NCBI GenBank assembly: GCA_046539845.1
Contig: JBKHGE010000007.1
Location: 1-64,000 of the forward strand
DNA length: 64,000 nt
Reading direction: 5' to 3'
Origin: Desulfonatronovibrionaceae bacterium
Lineage (GTDB): Bacteria; Desulfobacterota; Desulfovibrionia; Desulfovibrionales; Desulfonatronovibrionaceae
The position numbers and the translations under genes are program-made. Below are positions 39,021 to 48,879 of this stretch, piece after piece. The notes under the pieces are model-generated. The model was not told the DNA's origin. It was given only the letters and a program-made list of their open reading frames with translations, and searched no databases. Every line of letters starts with the position of its first letter. Position 1 is the first letter of the stretch.

Positions 39021-40193
39021 ATGGTTAGATACAAATATCTGTATCTCCCCGTCCTGGCGGGCATGTGTTTGATGTTTCTTGCCTGCGCTCCCAAGACCCG
39101 GGAGGCCAACGGGGTGATGGATAACCCTGAACATCATTATCTGACCGGAGTCAAGCTCATGGACGGAGGCAGTCTTAAAGAGGCGGACCGGGAATTCGCG
39201 CTGGCTTTGGAATTGGATCCCGATTTTGGTCCGGCTTGGTCCGGTCGAGGTCTGGTCCGGGTCATGCAGGGCGATAGGGACGGATTGAAACAAATAACTA
39301 CCGGGATCAGAAAATCCGGGGGCAAACAGGAAAAGCTGTGGTCGTACACCAACGAACTACGCGCTTTTTTGAGCCTGGGGAAATCCGGGGAGTATTCCGA
39401 CTCCGGGATGATCCGCCGGGGCAAGGAAACCCTGGACAAGGTAAAGCTGGTGGATTCCGAGACCGGGGCCCCATATTTCTTCATGGGCGAAATATACCTG
39501 CAGGCCCTGAAATTCAGGCCTGCGGAGACCATGTATGCCAAAGTCGTTGCTTTGGATGACAAGTACACGGCAAAGGCGGACAGGCGCTGGGAATTGGTTC
39601 AGAAAGCGGGACGGGCCGCCCCTCAGAGCACTGTGGGCAAGGAGATTGCTTTGGTGGAGGAGATAAACCGGGGGGACATGGCCGCTCTTATGGTCCGGGA
39701 ACTGGGTGTGCAGCGTTTTTATTCTCGGACCCAGAAGCCGGAAAAATCCGGCTTTAAGGAGCCCAAGGGTCTGCAGATGAAACACGGGGATCTGTATGAA
39801 AAGGTCAAGGTGACCGATGTACAGGACTCTCCTATGCGCAATGATATTTTGGAGGTCGTGGACATGGGGGTCAAGGGGCTTCAGCCTTATCCGGATCATA
39901 CTTTCAGGCCCCGGGAGCCCATGAGCAGGGCGGAGGTAGCCATGCTCTACGAGGACATAATTATCCGGGCCACCGGAGATACCTCCCTGGCCACCCAATA
40001 TATCGGTGACGAAAGCCGCTTCCCGGATGTCCCGTCCTCGCATTATGCATTCAACGCCATAATGCTGTGTACCACCAGGGATCTTTTGGAGACCGATCTG
40101 CGCAAGGCCACCTTTGAGCCGGAGTCCACCATCTCCGGAGTGGACGCCTTATTGTCCATCAAGAAGTTGAGGGAGATGCTCAGCCTGTTCTAA
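39021..40193 (+). CDS. TPR + S-layer homology (SLH) lipoprotein
   Basis: Lipobox FLAC; TPRs; SLH-like YPDHTFRP.EPMSRAE and FPDVPSSHYA. Confidence 0.75.
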   Translation: MVRYKYLYLPVLAGMCLMFLACAPKTREANGVMDNPEHHYLTGVKLMDGGSLKEADREFALALELDPDFGPAWSGRGLVRVMQGDRDGLKQITTGIRKSGGKQEKLWSYTNELRAFLSLGKSGEYSDSGMIRRGKETLDKVKLVDSETGAPYFFMGEIYLQALKFRPAETMYAKVVALDDKYTAKADRRWELVQKAGRAAPQSTVGKEIALVEEINRGDMAALMVRELGVQRFYSRTQKPEKSGFKEPKGLQMKHGDLYEKVKVTDVQDSPMRNDILEVVDMGVKGLQPYPDHTFRPREPMSRAEVAMLYEDIIIRATGDTSLATQYIGDESRFPDVPSSHYAFNAIMLCTTRDLLETDLRKATFEPESTISGVDALLSIKKLREMLSLF

Positions 40194-40206
40194 AAGGCGG
40201 CTGTTT

Positions 40207-40315
40207 ATCCGCGATCAGGAGTACTGTTTGCTTGACTTGACAGCGGGGATGTTTTTTCCTCTGTTCGGTCCGGGCGGGCAGTACCTCAGTTTTTTGTCTG
40301 TTGCGGATTTTTTTT
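40207..40315 (+). terminator. Long G-U-rich hairpin followed by a T-tract
   Basis: ATCCGCGATCAG/CTGTTGCGGAT and GTACTGTTTGCTTG/CGGGCGGGCAGTAC stems, then T8. Confidence 0.55.
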
Positions 40316-40435
40316 GGGGACTTTAAACTTGTTTGCAGCAGGGGGTATAAAAGGCATTAAGGCTTGAAAAGCCTTTTTAAGACACCCTCTGCTTTTTGTG
40401 TTGGAGAATAAAAACAAAGGAACATTCGGACCTGT

Positions 40436-41320
40436 ATGTGTAAAAGGATATTGGTTTTTGTGCTTGTTTCGGTTCTGTACGCCGCCGCCGTTCAGGCGGC
40501 TCAGATCGTCTCTGTCCAGTCCAGCGTGGACCGGGATAAGGGGGTAGGGGATACGGAAAGGGAGCTTGTATCCGAGGCGTTTAAGACCGCGTTGTCTCTG
40601 GAGGCCAAAGAGATACTGGGCGCCACCCCTCCGCCACTGCTCAAAAAAAAGCTTCTTTTGCCCCGCCTGAATGAGCTGGTTATGTCCTACAGCGAGCTGG
40701 ACCGCAATCTTTCCGGAGATTCTCTGGAACTCAAGATGCAGGTCTGGATAGACCGTGATCTGTTGATGGATCTGTTAAAAGAAAGCGGATATTATTACTC
40801 CGCCTACCGTCCGGTTGTCTTTGCCCTTGAGACCAGGGGCTTGACTCCGGAGGAGGAGCAGGAGATTGACCGGCTCAAGGCCATGAGCGGGATGCATTCC
40901 CGTCCTGGATCCGAGCCCAGGCTTTCGGTGTTTAAGTCTGATAACAAACGCTGGAAGGCGCGGATGAAATACAAGGACAAGTCTCTGACCGCAGTGCACC
41001 GCGATCCAGAGGGTCTATGGATGGATATTTGGTCCAAGTATTTTTCCCAGAAAGAAGTGCGCAGCGAATTTATTTATACCCTGCACCTTACGGTCACCGA
41101 CTGGTCCACGGTGGAGGCCATGCGCCTGTTTGACAACCGGATATCCGGTTGGGACAAGGCCTTGGAGAGTAAACGGCTCACGGAGGTGGTCTCCGAACAC
41201 GGTACATTAACCGCTGAATGGGAACTGGAGACCAGGGATGCCCTGCTTCTGCAGAGGCGTCTGGCCCGGTTTTGCGGAAAGAGGGCCCTGGATTTCAGGT
41301 TAACGTCCGTGAATGAATAA
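40436..41320 (+). CDS. Exported hypothetical protein
   Basis: Signal peptide ending VQA; 294-aa ORF in cluster orientation. Confidence 0.65.
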   Translation: MCKRILVFVLVSVLYAAAVQAAQIVSVQSSVDRDKGVGDTERELVSEAFKTALSLEAKEILGATPPPLLKKKLLLPRLNELVMSYSELDRNLSGDSLELKMQVWIDRDLLMDLLKESGYYYSAYRPVVFALETRGLTPEEEQEIDRLKAMSGMHSRPGSEPRLSVFKSDNKRWKARMKYKDKSLTAVHRDPEGLWMDIWSKYFSQKEVRSEFIYTLHLTVTDWSTVEAMRLFDNRISGWDKALESKRLTEVVSEHGTLTAEWELETRDALLLQRRLARFCGKRALDFRLTSVNE

Positions 41321-41403
41321 GCCCGGGTCAATGGGCGGCGCAAGAAGGATTGCGGCGGATATATTAACAGGATCGGAAAACGGATTTATCTGGAGTTTGG
41401 ATT

Positions 41404-42237
41404 ATGCGGATTTTTAGTTTGCTGCTTGTGTTGATGTTTGTCTGTTTGGCCGGTGCCCAGGCGTCTGAGATGCCCCTTTCCGGGGAGGCAGTGGTCTCGT
41501 CCATACAGGGCCGGGTGGAATATACCCGGGAGAACCGCAGGATCAGGCTTCGGGAGGAGAGTCGAATCCAGGCCCCGGGCAGTCTGGAACTGTCTGATGA
41601 GGCCCGCCTGGAGCTGAAGCTTGCAGACGGAAGTGTGCTCCGTTTTTCCGGAGGCACGGAGTGCGAGCTGGTAAGTGCCATGGCCGCGGGCATAGAAAGG
41701 GATGTGCGTGTGGATGTGGCCCTTGGGGACTGTTGGGCCAGCGTGAAAAGATTTCTGGGGCAGAACAGTACCTTTGAAGTCAGTTCGCCCACTGCGGTTG
41801 CCGGAGTGGCCGGTACCAGATACCGAGTGCATGTGGAACAGTCCCGGGCCTCATCCTATCTCGTGTATTCGGGCAAGATAAAGGTCGGATACCGGCCGGT
41901 ATCTCCGAAATACTCCCCGGACCAAAGTTTTTCCGGGGAGCAAGAGGTGAAGGGTCCGGGAGAGGTGAGCGGCCCGGAGGAGGTTTCCGCCCCGGAATGG
42001 ATTATGGTCGTTGAGAGCGGGTACCGTTTTGATGTCAGCGCTGACGGCGCTTTTTACCGCCCGGTCCCCTTCGATCGCCAGGAGGATGTCCAGGATTCGT
42101 GGGTGAGCTGGAATATGAATCGGGACGAGGAAATGGGCTTTGGACCTGCTGCGAACCCAAATGACGATGCGGACGGCTTTTTTTTGATCCCCCGGGACGG
42201 GTCGGCTGTTCTGGATAAAGGTCGCAAAATACGCTAG
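41404..42237 (+). CDS. FecR-domain exported protein
   Basis: LELKLADGSVLRF, FEVSSPTAVAGVAGT. Confidence 0.8.
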   Translation: MRIFSLLLVLMFVCLAGAQASEMPLSGEAVVSSIQGRVEYTRENRRIRLREESRIQAPGSLELSDEARLELKLADGSVLRFSGGTECELVSAMAAGIERDVRVDVALGDCWASVKRFLGQNSTFEVSSPTAVAGVAGTRYRVHVEQSRASSYLVYSGKIKVGYRPVSPKYSPDQSFSGEQEVKGPGEVSGPEEVSAPEWIMVVESGYRFDVSADGAFYRPVPFDRQEDVQDSWVSWNMNRDEEMGFGPAANPNDDADGFFLIPRDGSAVLDKGRKIR

Positions 42238-42251
42238 AGGGGTTTTAGGCC

Positions 42252-42815
42252 GTGAATGTGTGCACAGTCCCCAATGTCCTGACCGCTGCCCGTATCCTGC
42301 TTGTCCCGGCGTTCGTATGTGTTTTTCAGGCCGGGTATTTCCTTTGGGCCGCGGGAATCTTTGTCTTTGCCGGAGTGACTGATGCGGTGGACGGTTTTTT
42401 GGCCAGGGTCCTTAATCAGCGTTCGCGGTTGGGGACGGTGCTGGATCCTCTGGCGGACAAACTTTTGCTAGTGTCCTCTTTTTTCTGTCTGGCTGCGGCG
42501 GATTGGGTCCCGATGTGGCTGGCCCTGGCGGTTTTGGCCCGGGATGTGCTCATAGTCGGGGGGATAGGGGGGCTGTATTTTTTGGGTATGGATATGAGCC
42601 GGGGGATCAGTCCTACAGCAGTAAGCAAGGCCAATACCGCCTTGCAGATCCTGCTGGTCTCCGCCGCCTTTATTCGGCATATATGGGAGATCGGGCTGAT
42701 GTGGACCCTGGAGGTCTTGGTTCCGGTCGTGGCCGTGAGTACGCTTGTTTCCGGAGTGCAATATGTCTGGATCGGATTCGGTTATCTGAACCCGAGTGCG
42801 GACAGTCCGAGTTGA
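42252..42815 (+). CDS. CDP-alcohol phosphatidyltransferase (PgsA-like)
   Basis: PNVLTAAR, TDAVDGFLAR...G.VLDPLADK. Confidence 0.9.
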   Translation: MNVCTVPNVLTAARILLVPAFVCVFQAGYFLWAAGIFVFAGVTDAVDGFLARVLNQRSRLGTVLDPLADKLLLVSSFFCLAAADWVPMWLALAVLARDVLIVGGIGGLYFLGMDMSRGISPTAVSKANTALQILLVSAAFIRHIWEIGLMWTLEVLVPVVAVSTLVSGVQYVWIGFGYLNPSADSPS

Positions 42816-42869
42816 GAGGGCAACTCCCGGACTTTTGGATCGAATTAAAGTGATCCCGGCCGGGATAAC

Positions 42870-43082
42870 CTATTTCTGGGAATCGGATTCCTTTTCCTTG
42901 TCCTTGTCTTTTTTTTCCTCTTCCGGGGTCACGTCGATTTCTTCCGGCTCATTGGTCGCCTTTTTAAAATTTTTGATTGCCCTTCCCATTCCTGAGCCTA
43001 TCTCCGGGAGCTTGTTCGCCCCGAAAATGACAAGAACAATGACCAGGATAATTATGAGTTCGGGTATGCCGATGCCAAACAT
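42870..43082 (-). CDS. tatA: Twin-arginine translocase TatA
   Basis: FGIGIPEL...[21 protein letters not shown]. Confidence 0.95.
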   Translation of the reverse strand: MFGIGIPELIIILVIVLVIFGANKLPEIGSGMGRAIKNFKKATNEPEEIDVTPEEEKKDKDKEKESDSQK

Positions 43083-43150
43083 GTATTTGCCTCCTGTGGT
43101 ATGTTTAGAGCTTAAGGCGCATGCAGCAGGAATAAGCGCTTATCTTTGAG

Positions 43151-43319
43151 TCCCGCCGCGTTCAGCGATGGTGCTGAGGCGCAATACGGGGTGCAGACGC
43201 AGAAGTTCCCTGTGATTCTAAACTGAGGGACCATATACACCCGGACCTGTCCCGGGTCAAGGAAGAAGCCGGACTGGACCATTATTGTGGCGCCAAGAAA
43301 ATACTGGCCTGCGTCGGGA
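43151..43319 (-). ncRNA. Putative structured RNA (6S-like rod) upstream of tatA
   Basis: Nested complementary segments TCCCG.CGC/GCG.CGGGA, GGCG...CAATA/TATTGCGCC, GGT.CAG/CTG.ACC, TTCCT/GGGAA; ~170 nt; family and strand not confirmed. Confidence 0.4.
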
Positions 43320-43425
43320 ATAATGTATAAAATTCGCCGCCGTTGTCTGGGGGTAAGCAGGGTTTTATCCCGGCAAAGCCAGGTTCGGATAAGACTAAAA
43401 TTCAAATAGCACGGAATGTTAAGGC

Positions 43426-45015
43426 ATGCAAAGAATTATTGTTATCGGAAACGGAATGGTCCCGTACAGGGTCTGCGCCCACTTACGCAGCCTGGATACG
43501 ACTGTGGACATTATCTGGATGGATTTTTATTCCCGGGACAAGTATCCATGGTTTGCAGCTTCACGCCTGCTTTTGTTTGATGTCCATCCCCGGGACTGGT
43601 CCAGGCAGCGGGCAGCGTTTGTGGTCCGGTTCCCCAAAAGGGCGATGCATCTGGGGGTGCAGACTGATTGGGCGGGGCGCATACGTATAAACGCCATAGA
43701 CAGGGAGTTTTCGGTTTTGACCGAGACCGGGGAAACCACATATGAATATGATTCGCTTCTGCTTTTTCCTCCCCTTGTTCCGGCTTTAAGTCCCGGGGAT
43801 CGGTTTTCGTTCCCCTCTTCGCAGTGCATGCATAAGCTGGCGGAGATGCCTAAAAATCCAGAGTCTGCGGTTGTCCTTGGAGACGATCCACTTCTGCTTC
43901 AGTCCTGCTTCCGGGCGGCTGAAGAACTGACCTGGGTCCGGGATACGCATCCGATCTGGGAGCCGGAGATTATCTTCGGCCTGGAACAGATCGCCCGCTT
44001 TAAGGGGGTAAAGATAGTTGCCGGGCAAGATGCCGACAGCTGCCTTTCGGGAGGAACGAATTTTTCCCCGGAGACGCCTGTATTTTTTTCTTCCGCATTG
44101 ACTGCTGATCAAGGCTGGATGGAAAAGACGAAACCCGAAGATCTTTGTCCGCAAAAGGAGGGAATTTTCCTTCAGATCCCGGAAAAGGGTATGCGGCCCG
44201 GGATGTATGATCCCCAGCTGTGGGTGAGCGCGGGGTGTAAGTTGGCTGAAGAGGCCCTGCGCAGGGAGCCGGGCCGGATCTGCGAGGTACCCTGTGCCCC
44301 GGAGAGCGGCCGAGTCTTTGGCCGGGAGATATTCCGGGTGGGAAAGACCGAATTGGAATCGGCCCCGGGCGGGGATTTTGATCTGGGTGTATATTCCAAT
44401 TGCAAAGAGACAAAAGATCGGCAGGAATACATAGTGAAGATGCTGGCCGCAAAAAAGACCGGCCGGCCGGTCGGGTTTCAGGCCCTGGGGGATAGGGCCT
44501 GCGACTGGGGCAATGCCTTTTTCCCGGTTTTAGGCCGGGATAACGGGGTATATGATCTCTTAACCACCCCTTTGGCCTGGAAGGACCCGGGAGGGCATCC
44601 GCTACACGAGGCCGCGTCCATAATCGCCGCCAAGCAAAATTCGTCCGCTATCCTGAATATTACCCCGGCCGAGCTTGTGGCCTCGGTGCGGGAGGGAGCG
44701 GAATTCTTTCTCCTTGACCTGCGGGAGGGATCGGAATGTCGGGAAGGAATGCTCCAGGGGGCGTACAATATCCCTTTTACGGAGCTAAAAAAGAGGGTGA
44801 ATGAAATACCCAGATTCACGCCCCTGGTCCTTTATTCCCGCAGCTTTGGCCGCGCGTTTGAGGCGGCTGTTTTTCTCCGGGCCCGCGGCGCCAAACAGCT
44901 CTATGTACTTGACGGCGGATACGAGCTTTGGCCCTATGAACAATTTCGCCGCCTGGAACCGGAGGCGCAGCCAGTCTTTCCAGGCGGCCCTTCCAGGGGG
45001 AGCTGCTGCCGGTAA
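43426..45015 (+). CDS. Degenerate pyridine nucleotide-disulphide oxidoreductase-like protein with C-terminal rhodanese domain
   Basis: RIIVIGNG, YEYDSLLL, dimerisation-like VKML....TGR.VGFQALG, rhodanese LLDLRE...GAYNIP...VLDGGY..W. Confidence 0.7.
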   Translation: MQRIIVIGNGMVPYRVCAHLRSLDTTVDIIWMDFYSRDKYPWFAASRLLLFDVHPRDWSRQRAAFVVRFPKRAMHLGVQTDWAGRIRINAIDREFSVLTETGETTYEYDSLLLFPPLVPALSPGDRFSFPSSQCMHKLAEMPKNPESAVVLGDDPLLLQSCFRAAEELTWVRDTHPIWEPEIIFGLEQIARFKGVKIVAGQDADSCLSGGTNFSPETPVFFSSALTADQGWMEKTKPEDLCPQKEGIFLQIPEKGMRPGMYDPQLWVSAGCKLAEEALRREPGRICEVPCAPESGRVFGREIFRVGKTELESAPGGDFDLGVYSNCKETKDRQEYIVKMLAAKKTGRPVGFQALGDRACDWGNAFFPVLGRDNGVYDLLTTPLAWKDPGGHPLHEAASIIAAKQNSSAILNITPAELVASVREGAEFFLLDLREGSECREGMLQGAYNIPFTELKKRVNEIPRFTPLVLYSRSFGRAFEAAVFLRARGAKQLYVLDGGYELWPYEQFRRLEPEAQPVFPGGPSRGSCCR

Positions 45016-45035
45016 GCAGCTGCGCCAGCAGAGTA

Positions 45036-45428
45036 ATGTCCATGGTGGATAAGGTGTCGGCTTTGCCCGGCCGGGGATGTGAATACTATCTCTTTGGGCG
45101 CTGTATTTACGAGGAGCTATTGAATCCTGGATATCACACGGAGTGGAGGTGCGGGGTCATTTCCGGGCTGGTCCGTTCTTTTGATTTTTTTTTGGAGCAG
45201 GTTGAGATATTCAGCCTGAGCCGTTCCCGGGCCGATGCGATCTGGAAGCAGAGGATCTCCGCACGGTGCCCGGTCTGGAAGTGCCCGGACTTTTCCCCGG
45301 ATCCAGAAAACAGGGGAGAGTGCCTCTTTTTGTTTCGCACGCAGTGTATCCTGAAAATACCGGCTTGTACCGGCCGCTGCCGTCTGTATACCCCGGCCCG
45401 GGCGGCGGATGGCAAAGCACGGACTTGA
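45036..45428 (+). CDS. Cys-rich hypothetical protein
   Basis: GCEYYLFGRCIYEELLNPG...WRC, C-terminal Cys cluster. Confidence 0.6.
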   Translation: MSMVDKVSALPGRGCEYYLFGRCIYEELLNPGYHTEWRCGVISGLVRSFDFFLEQVEIFSLSRSRADAIWKQRISARCPVWKCPDFSPDPENRGECLFLFRTQCILKIPACTGRCRLYTPARAADGKART

Positions 45429-45724
45429 TAATTCAATTTGTTTAATTTATCAGCCTGTTGGGGGTTATTTTTTATCCTTCCCACTATCGGCGATAGATTC
45501 TCGGCAGATTTTTTGCCCCCTGGGTTCCCTTCCCGTCGTAATCCCCGGGTATGCAACCGGGGACATGATTTTCCAGGAAGGACCCGGGCGATGGGCTCGG
45601 GAAACCCGGGATATTATCCCGCACACCAAGGGTCCGGGGGGGGGTAATTCATTCTGGGCCGGCCCCGGTTTATATTTTTCGGGCCTTCGGCGCAGTTTAC
45701 AATCACTAAAACACAGCGGGGCGC

Positions 45725-46492
45725 ATGGATATGAACCGTTCGGATCTTGTTTTTTTCCCCTATATGCATCCGGAATTTATCCCGGACAGGATCAGGGGAA
45801 AGGCCGTTCTCCTGAATCCGGGGACCGGACAAGGGCTTGCCGATAATTACACCCCAGAGGGCTATCTCCTGGATCCGGACGGGGCTTTGCGCCGGTTGCA
45901 CGAATTTTATGCCTTCGGAGAGCAGTTCAGCAATCCCCGGGATATGGAGTACTACGCGGTGCAGGGATTTGAGGATTTTTATTCTGAGACCACCATGGCC
46001 ATAAAATCCGAACTCACCGGGGGCGGGCCGAGTGCTGAGGACGAAGCCAGGCAACAATGTCTGCAGATGCAGCACATGCTTATTTTGGGTTTCGCTTTGG
46101 AGGAAAGGATCTTGGACATGGGGAAATTCGGGGCCGAGGCCCTTAAGGCCAGAAAAAAATTTGAGGACAGTCTCGGCCTGGACGATGAAGACCGGGATTT
46201 TGAATCCTTTGCTGATCTGGATATGTCCGCCCGTATGCACGGGATCATGCACTGGCAAAGATTGTTCTCTCCGTTTGCCTATTTCCTTTCCCAATCGAAA
46301 GCGGTTGTTGTCTGGGAAGAGGAGGTTGTTCAGGAATTGAAGTCCGCGGCTCAAGACCTGGAGACAGCGGAGAGGGACCTGCCCGGGCTGGATGAGTTCG
46401 GTCCGGAAGTTTTTCAGGTTCCTGTTTCCGCCTTTGCTCCGGAGTTGTCCGACAAAGAGCGGCTTCGATGCGTGTGTCTAAATCATATCTGA
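45725..46492 (+). CDS. Hypothetical protein
   Basis: 255-aa acidic ORF in the local gene orientation. Confidence 0.6.
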   Translation: MDMNRSDLVFFPYMHPEFIPDRIRGKAVLLNPGTGQGLADNYTPEGYLLDPDGALRRLHEFYAFGEQFSNPRDMEYYAVQGFEDFYSETTMAIKSELTGGGPSAEDEARQQCLQMQHMLILGFALEERILDMGKFGAEALKARKKFEDSLGLDDEDRDFESFADLDMSARMHGIMHWQRLFSPFAYFLSQSKAVVVWEEEVVQELKSAAQDLETAERDLPGLDEFGPEVFQVPVSAFAPELSDKERLRCVCLNHI

Positions 46493-46584
46493 TCCTGTTT
46501 TTCGTAAATCGGGCAAAATGATCTGCCCGGAGTCAAATCCAGCGCTTTAATGCCCGGCGGTAAGTCAAATTAAGGAGGTAAGGC

Positions 46585-47154
46585 ATGGGTAAGGACGAGA
46601 TAGGTAGCCGGATCAAAAAGTTCCGGGAAATGGAAGAGATCTCCAGAGAAGAGTTGGCCTCCCGCTCCGGCTTGGACGTGGAGTTCGTCCGGGGATTGGA
46701 GGAGGACAGCGTGTATCCTTCGCTGGGCCCGCTGCTTAAGGTTTCCCGGGCATTGGGCACCCGTCTAGGTACTTTTTTGGACGATACCATCAGTCACGAT
46801 CCCCTGATCGTCCGGCTCCAGGAAAGAGAAGAGGAGTTGAGTATGCTCAAGGGGAATAACAAGCCCGTGGCCCTTAAGTTCTATTCCCTGGGCAAGGGCA
46901 AGAATGATCGCCATATGGAGCCCTTCTATGTGCGCATAAACCCGGAGCCGAACGAGGATAAAAAGCTTTCCTCGCATGAGGGGGAAGAATTCATCGTGGT
47001 TATCTCCGGGGTAGTAAACATTGTCTATGGCCAGGAAGAATACGAACTCAAGCCCGGGGACAGCATTTATTACAATTCCATTGTTCCGCATAACGTTTCC
47101 TGTAAAGGGGAGTCCCCGGCAGAGATTTACGCGGTTCTTTATTTTCCGGAGTAG
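46585..47154 (+). CDS. XRE-family HTH regulator with cupin domain
   Basis: IGSRIKKFRE...ELA, HEGEEF, GDSIYY.S.VPH. Confidence 0.9.
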   Translation: MGKDEIGSRIKKFREMEEISREELASRSGLDVEFVRGLEEDSVYPSLGPLLKVSRALGTRLGTFLDDTISHDPLIVRLQEREEELSMLKGNNKPVALKFYSLGKGKNDRHMEPFYVRINPEPNEDKKLSSHEGEEFIVVISGVVNIVYGQEEYELKPGDSIYYNSIVPHNVSCKGESPAEIYAVLYFPE

Positions 47155-47163
47155 GTTGGATCT

Positions 47164-48852
47164 ATGTATATGAGCGAAAAACGGGACAACACAGAGCGGG
47201 AAGGTATGCGGGATAATAATTTACGGGAAGTGACCTTGGGTCAGCTCCTGGATGAGGCGGTGGAAAAGCATCCGGATAATGACGCGGTAGTTTACGTGGA
47301 CCGCGATTTCCGGCTAACATACCGCGAGTTTGGAGAGCTAGTGGATCAGTTGGCCAAAGGGCTTATGGCCTTAGGTGTGCAGAGAGGAGAGAAAGTGGCT
47401 ATCTGGGCGACGAATGTCCCGCACTGGGTGGCTTTCCAATTCGCCACCGCCAAGATAGGGGCTATTTTGCTCACTGTGAATACATATTATAAAAAGAGCG
47501 AACTGGAATATATTCTGCAGCAGTCTGACTCGGAGAATCTGATAATAATCGACGGGTTTCGGGATACAGACTATGTCCAGACCGTGTATGAGCTGGTCCC
47601 GGAGCTCAAGACCCAGGAACGGGGCAATTTAAGGAGCAAGAGTTTTCCCAGTCTGAAAAGGGTGTTTTTCCTCGGACAGGAAAAGCACCGCGGTATGTAC
47701 TGCCTACCGGAATTGATATCTCTTGGCGCTCTGGTCTCTGATCCGGAATATGTGGCCCGGCAAAAAGAACTCGACCCGCACGACGTGGTCAATATGCAGT
47801 ATACTTCCGGAACCACCGGTTTTCCCAAAGGGGTAATGCTCACCCATTATAACATCGGCAATAACGGTTTTTGGATAGGGGAGCATCAGCTGCTTTCGGC
47901 CTCGGACCGGGTATGCATCCCGGTGCCCCTGTTTCATTGCTTCGGCTGCGTTTTGGGCGTGCTGGCCGCAGTCAGTCATGCCTCAACAATGGTCATTCTG
48001 GAGGGCTTTAATCCCCTTTTGGTCATGACCGCGGTCGAGGCCGAACGCTGCACTGCATTGTACGGTGTGCCGACCATGTTTATAGCTGTTTTGGAACACA
48101 AGCTGTTTTCCAGGTTTGACTTCAGTTCCCTGCGGACCGGGATAATGGCCGGGTCTCCCTGTCCGATCCGGGTCATGCGCCAGGTCATCGACGAGATGCA
48201 CATGAAGGATGTGACCATCTGCTATGGACTGACCGAGACTTCCCCGGTCATGACCCAGACCCGGGTGGATGACGACATATCCAAGAAAGTGGAGACAGTT
48301 GGCCGGGCCATGCCCGAGATCGAGGTCCGGGTGGTGGATCCGGAGACCGGTGATCCCCTGCCTGCGGGAGAGCAGGGCGAGGTCTGCTGCCGAGGCTATA
48401 ATGTCATGAAGGGCTATTACAAGATGCCCGAGGCCACTGCCAAGACCATTGATGAGGACGGGTGGTTGCATTCCGGAGATCTCGGGGTCATGGACGAGGA
48501 CGGTTATCTGAGCATAACCGGCAGGCTCAAGGATATGATTATCCGTGGTGGGGAGAACATCTATCCTCGCGAGCTGGAGGAATTTTTGTATAATATGGAC
48601 GGCGTTCAGGATGTGCAAGTGGTTGGAGTGCCCAGCAGCAAATATGGGGAAGAGGTCGGCGCGTTCGTGATCCTTAAAGAGGGTTACGAATATGCCCCTG
48701 AGGACGTGCGGGACTTCTGCCGGGGAAAGATCGCCAGATATAAGATCCCCAAGCATATCGCTTTTGTTCAGGACTACCCCATGACCGCAAGCGGCAAAGT
48801 CCAGAAATTCAAGCTGCGGGAGATAGCCGCGGAGATGTTTGCCGCCAACTAG
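47164..48852 (+). CDS. AMP-dependent acyl-CoA synthetase
   Basis: [41 protein letters not shown]. Confidence 0.93.
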   Translation: MYMSEKRDNTEREGMRDNNLREVTLGQLLDEAVEKHPDNDAVVYVDRDFRLTYREFGELVDQLAKGLMALGVQRGEKVAIWATNVPHWVAFQFATAKIGAILLTVNTYYKKSELEYILQQSDSENLIIIDGFRDTDYVQTVYELVPELKTQERGNLRSKSFPSLKRVFFLGQEKHRGMYCLPELISLGALVSDPEYVARQKELDPHDVVNMQYTSGTTGFPKGVMLTHYNIGNNGFWIGEHQLLSASDRVCIPVPLFHCFGCVLGVLAAVSHASTMVILEGFNPLLVMTAVEAERCTALYGVPTMFIAVLEHKLFSRFDFSSLRTGIMAGSPCPIRVMRQVIDEMHMKDVTICYGLTETSPVMTQTRVDDDISKKVETVGRAMPEIEVRVVDPETGDPLPAGEQGEVCCRGYNVMKGYYKMPEATAKTIDEDGWLHSGDLGVMDEDGYLSITGRLKDMIIRGGENIYPRELEEFLYNMDGVQDVQVVGVPSSKYGEEVGAFVILKEGYEYAPEDVRDFCRGKIARYKIPKHIAFVQDYPMTASGKVQKFKLREIAAEMFAAN

Positions 48853-48879
48853 GATATTTAACCAGGCCGGGGTGTTCAA

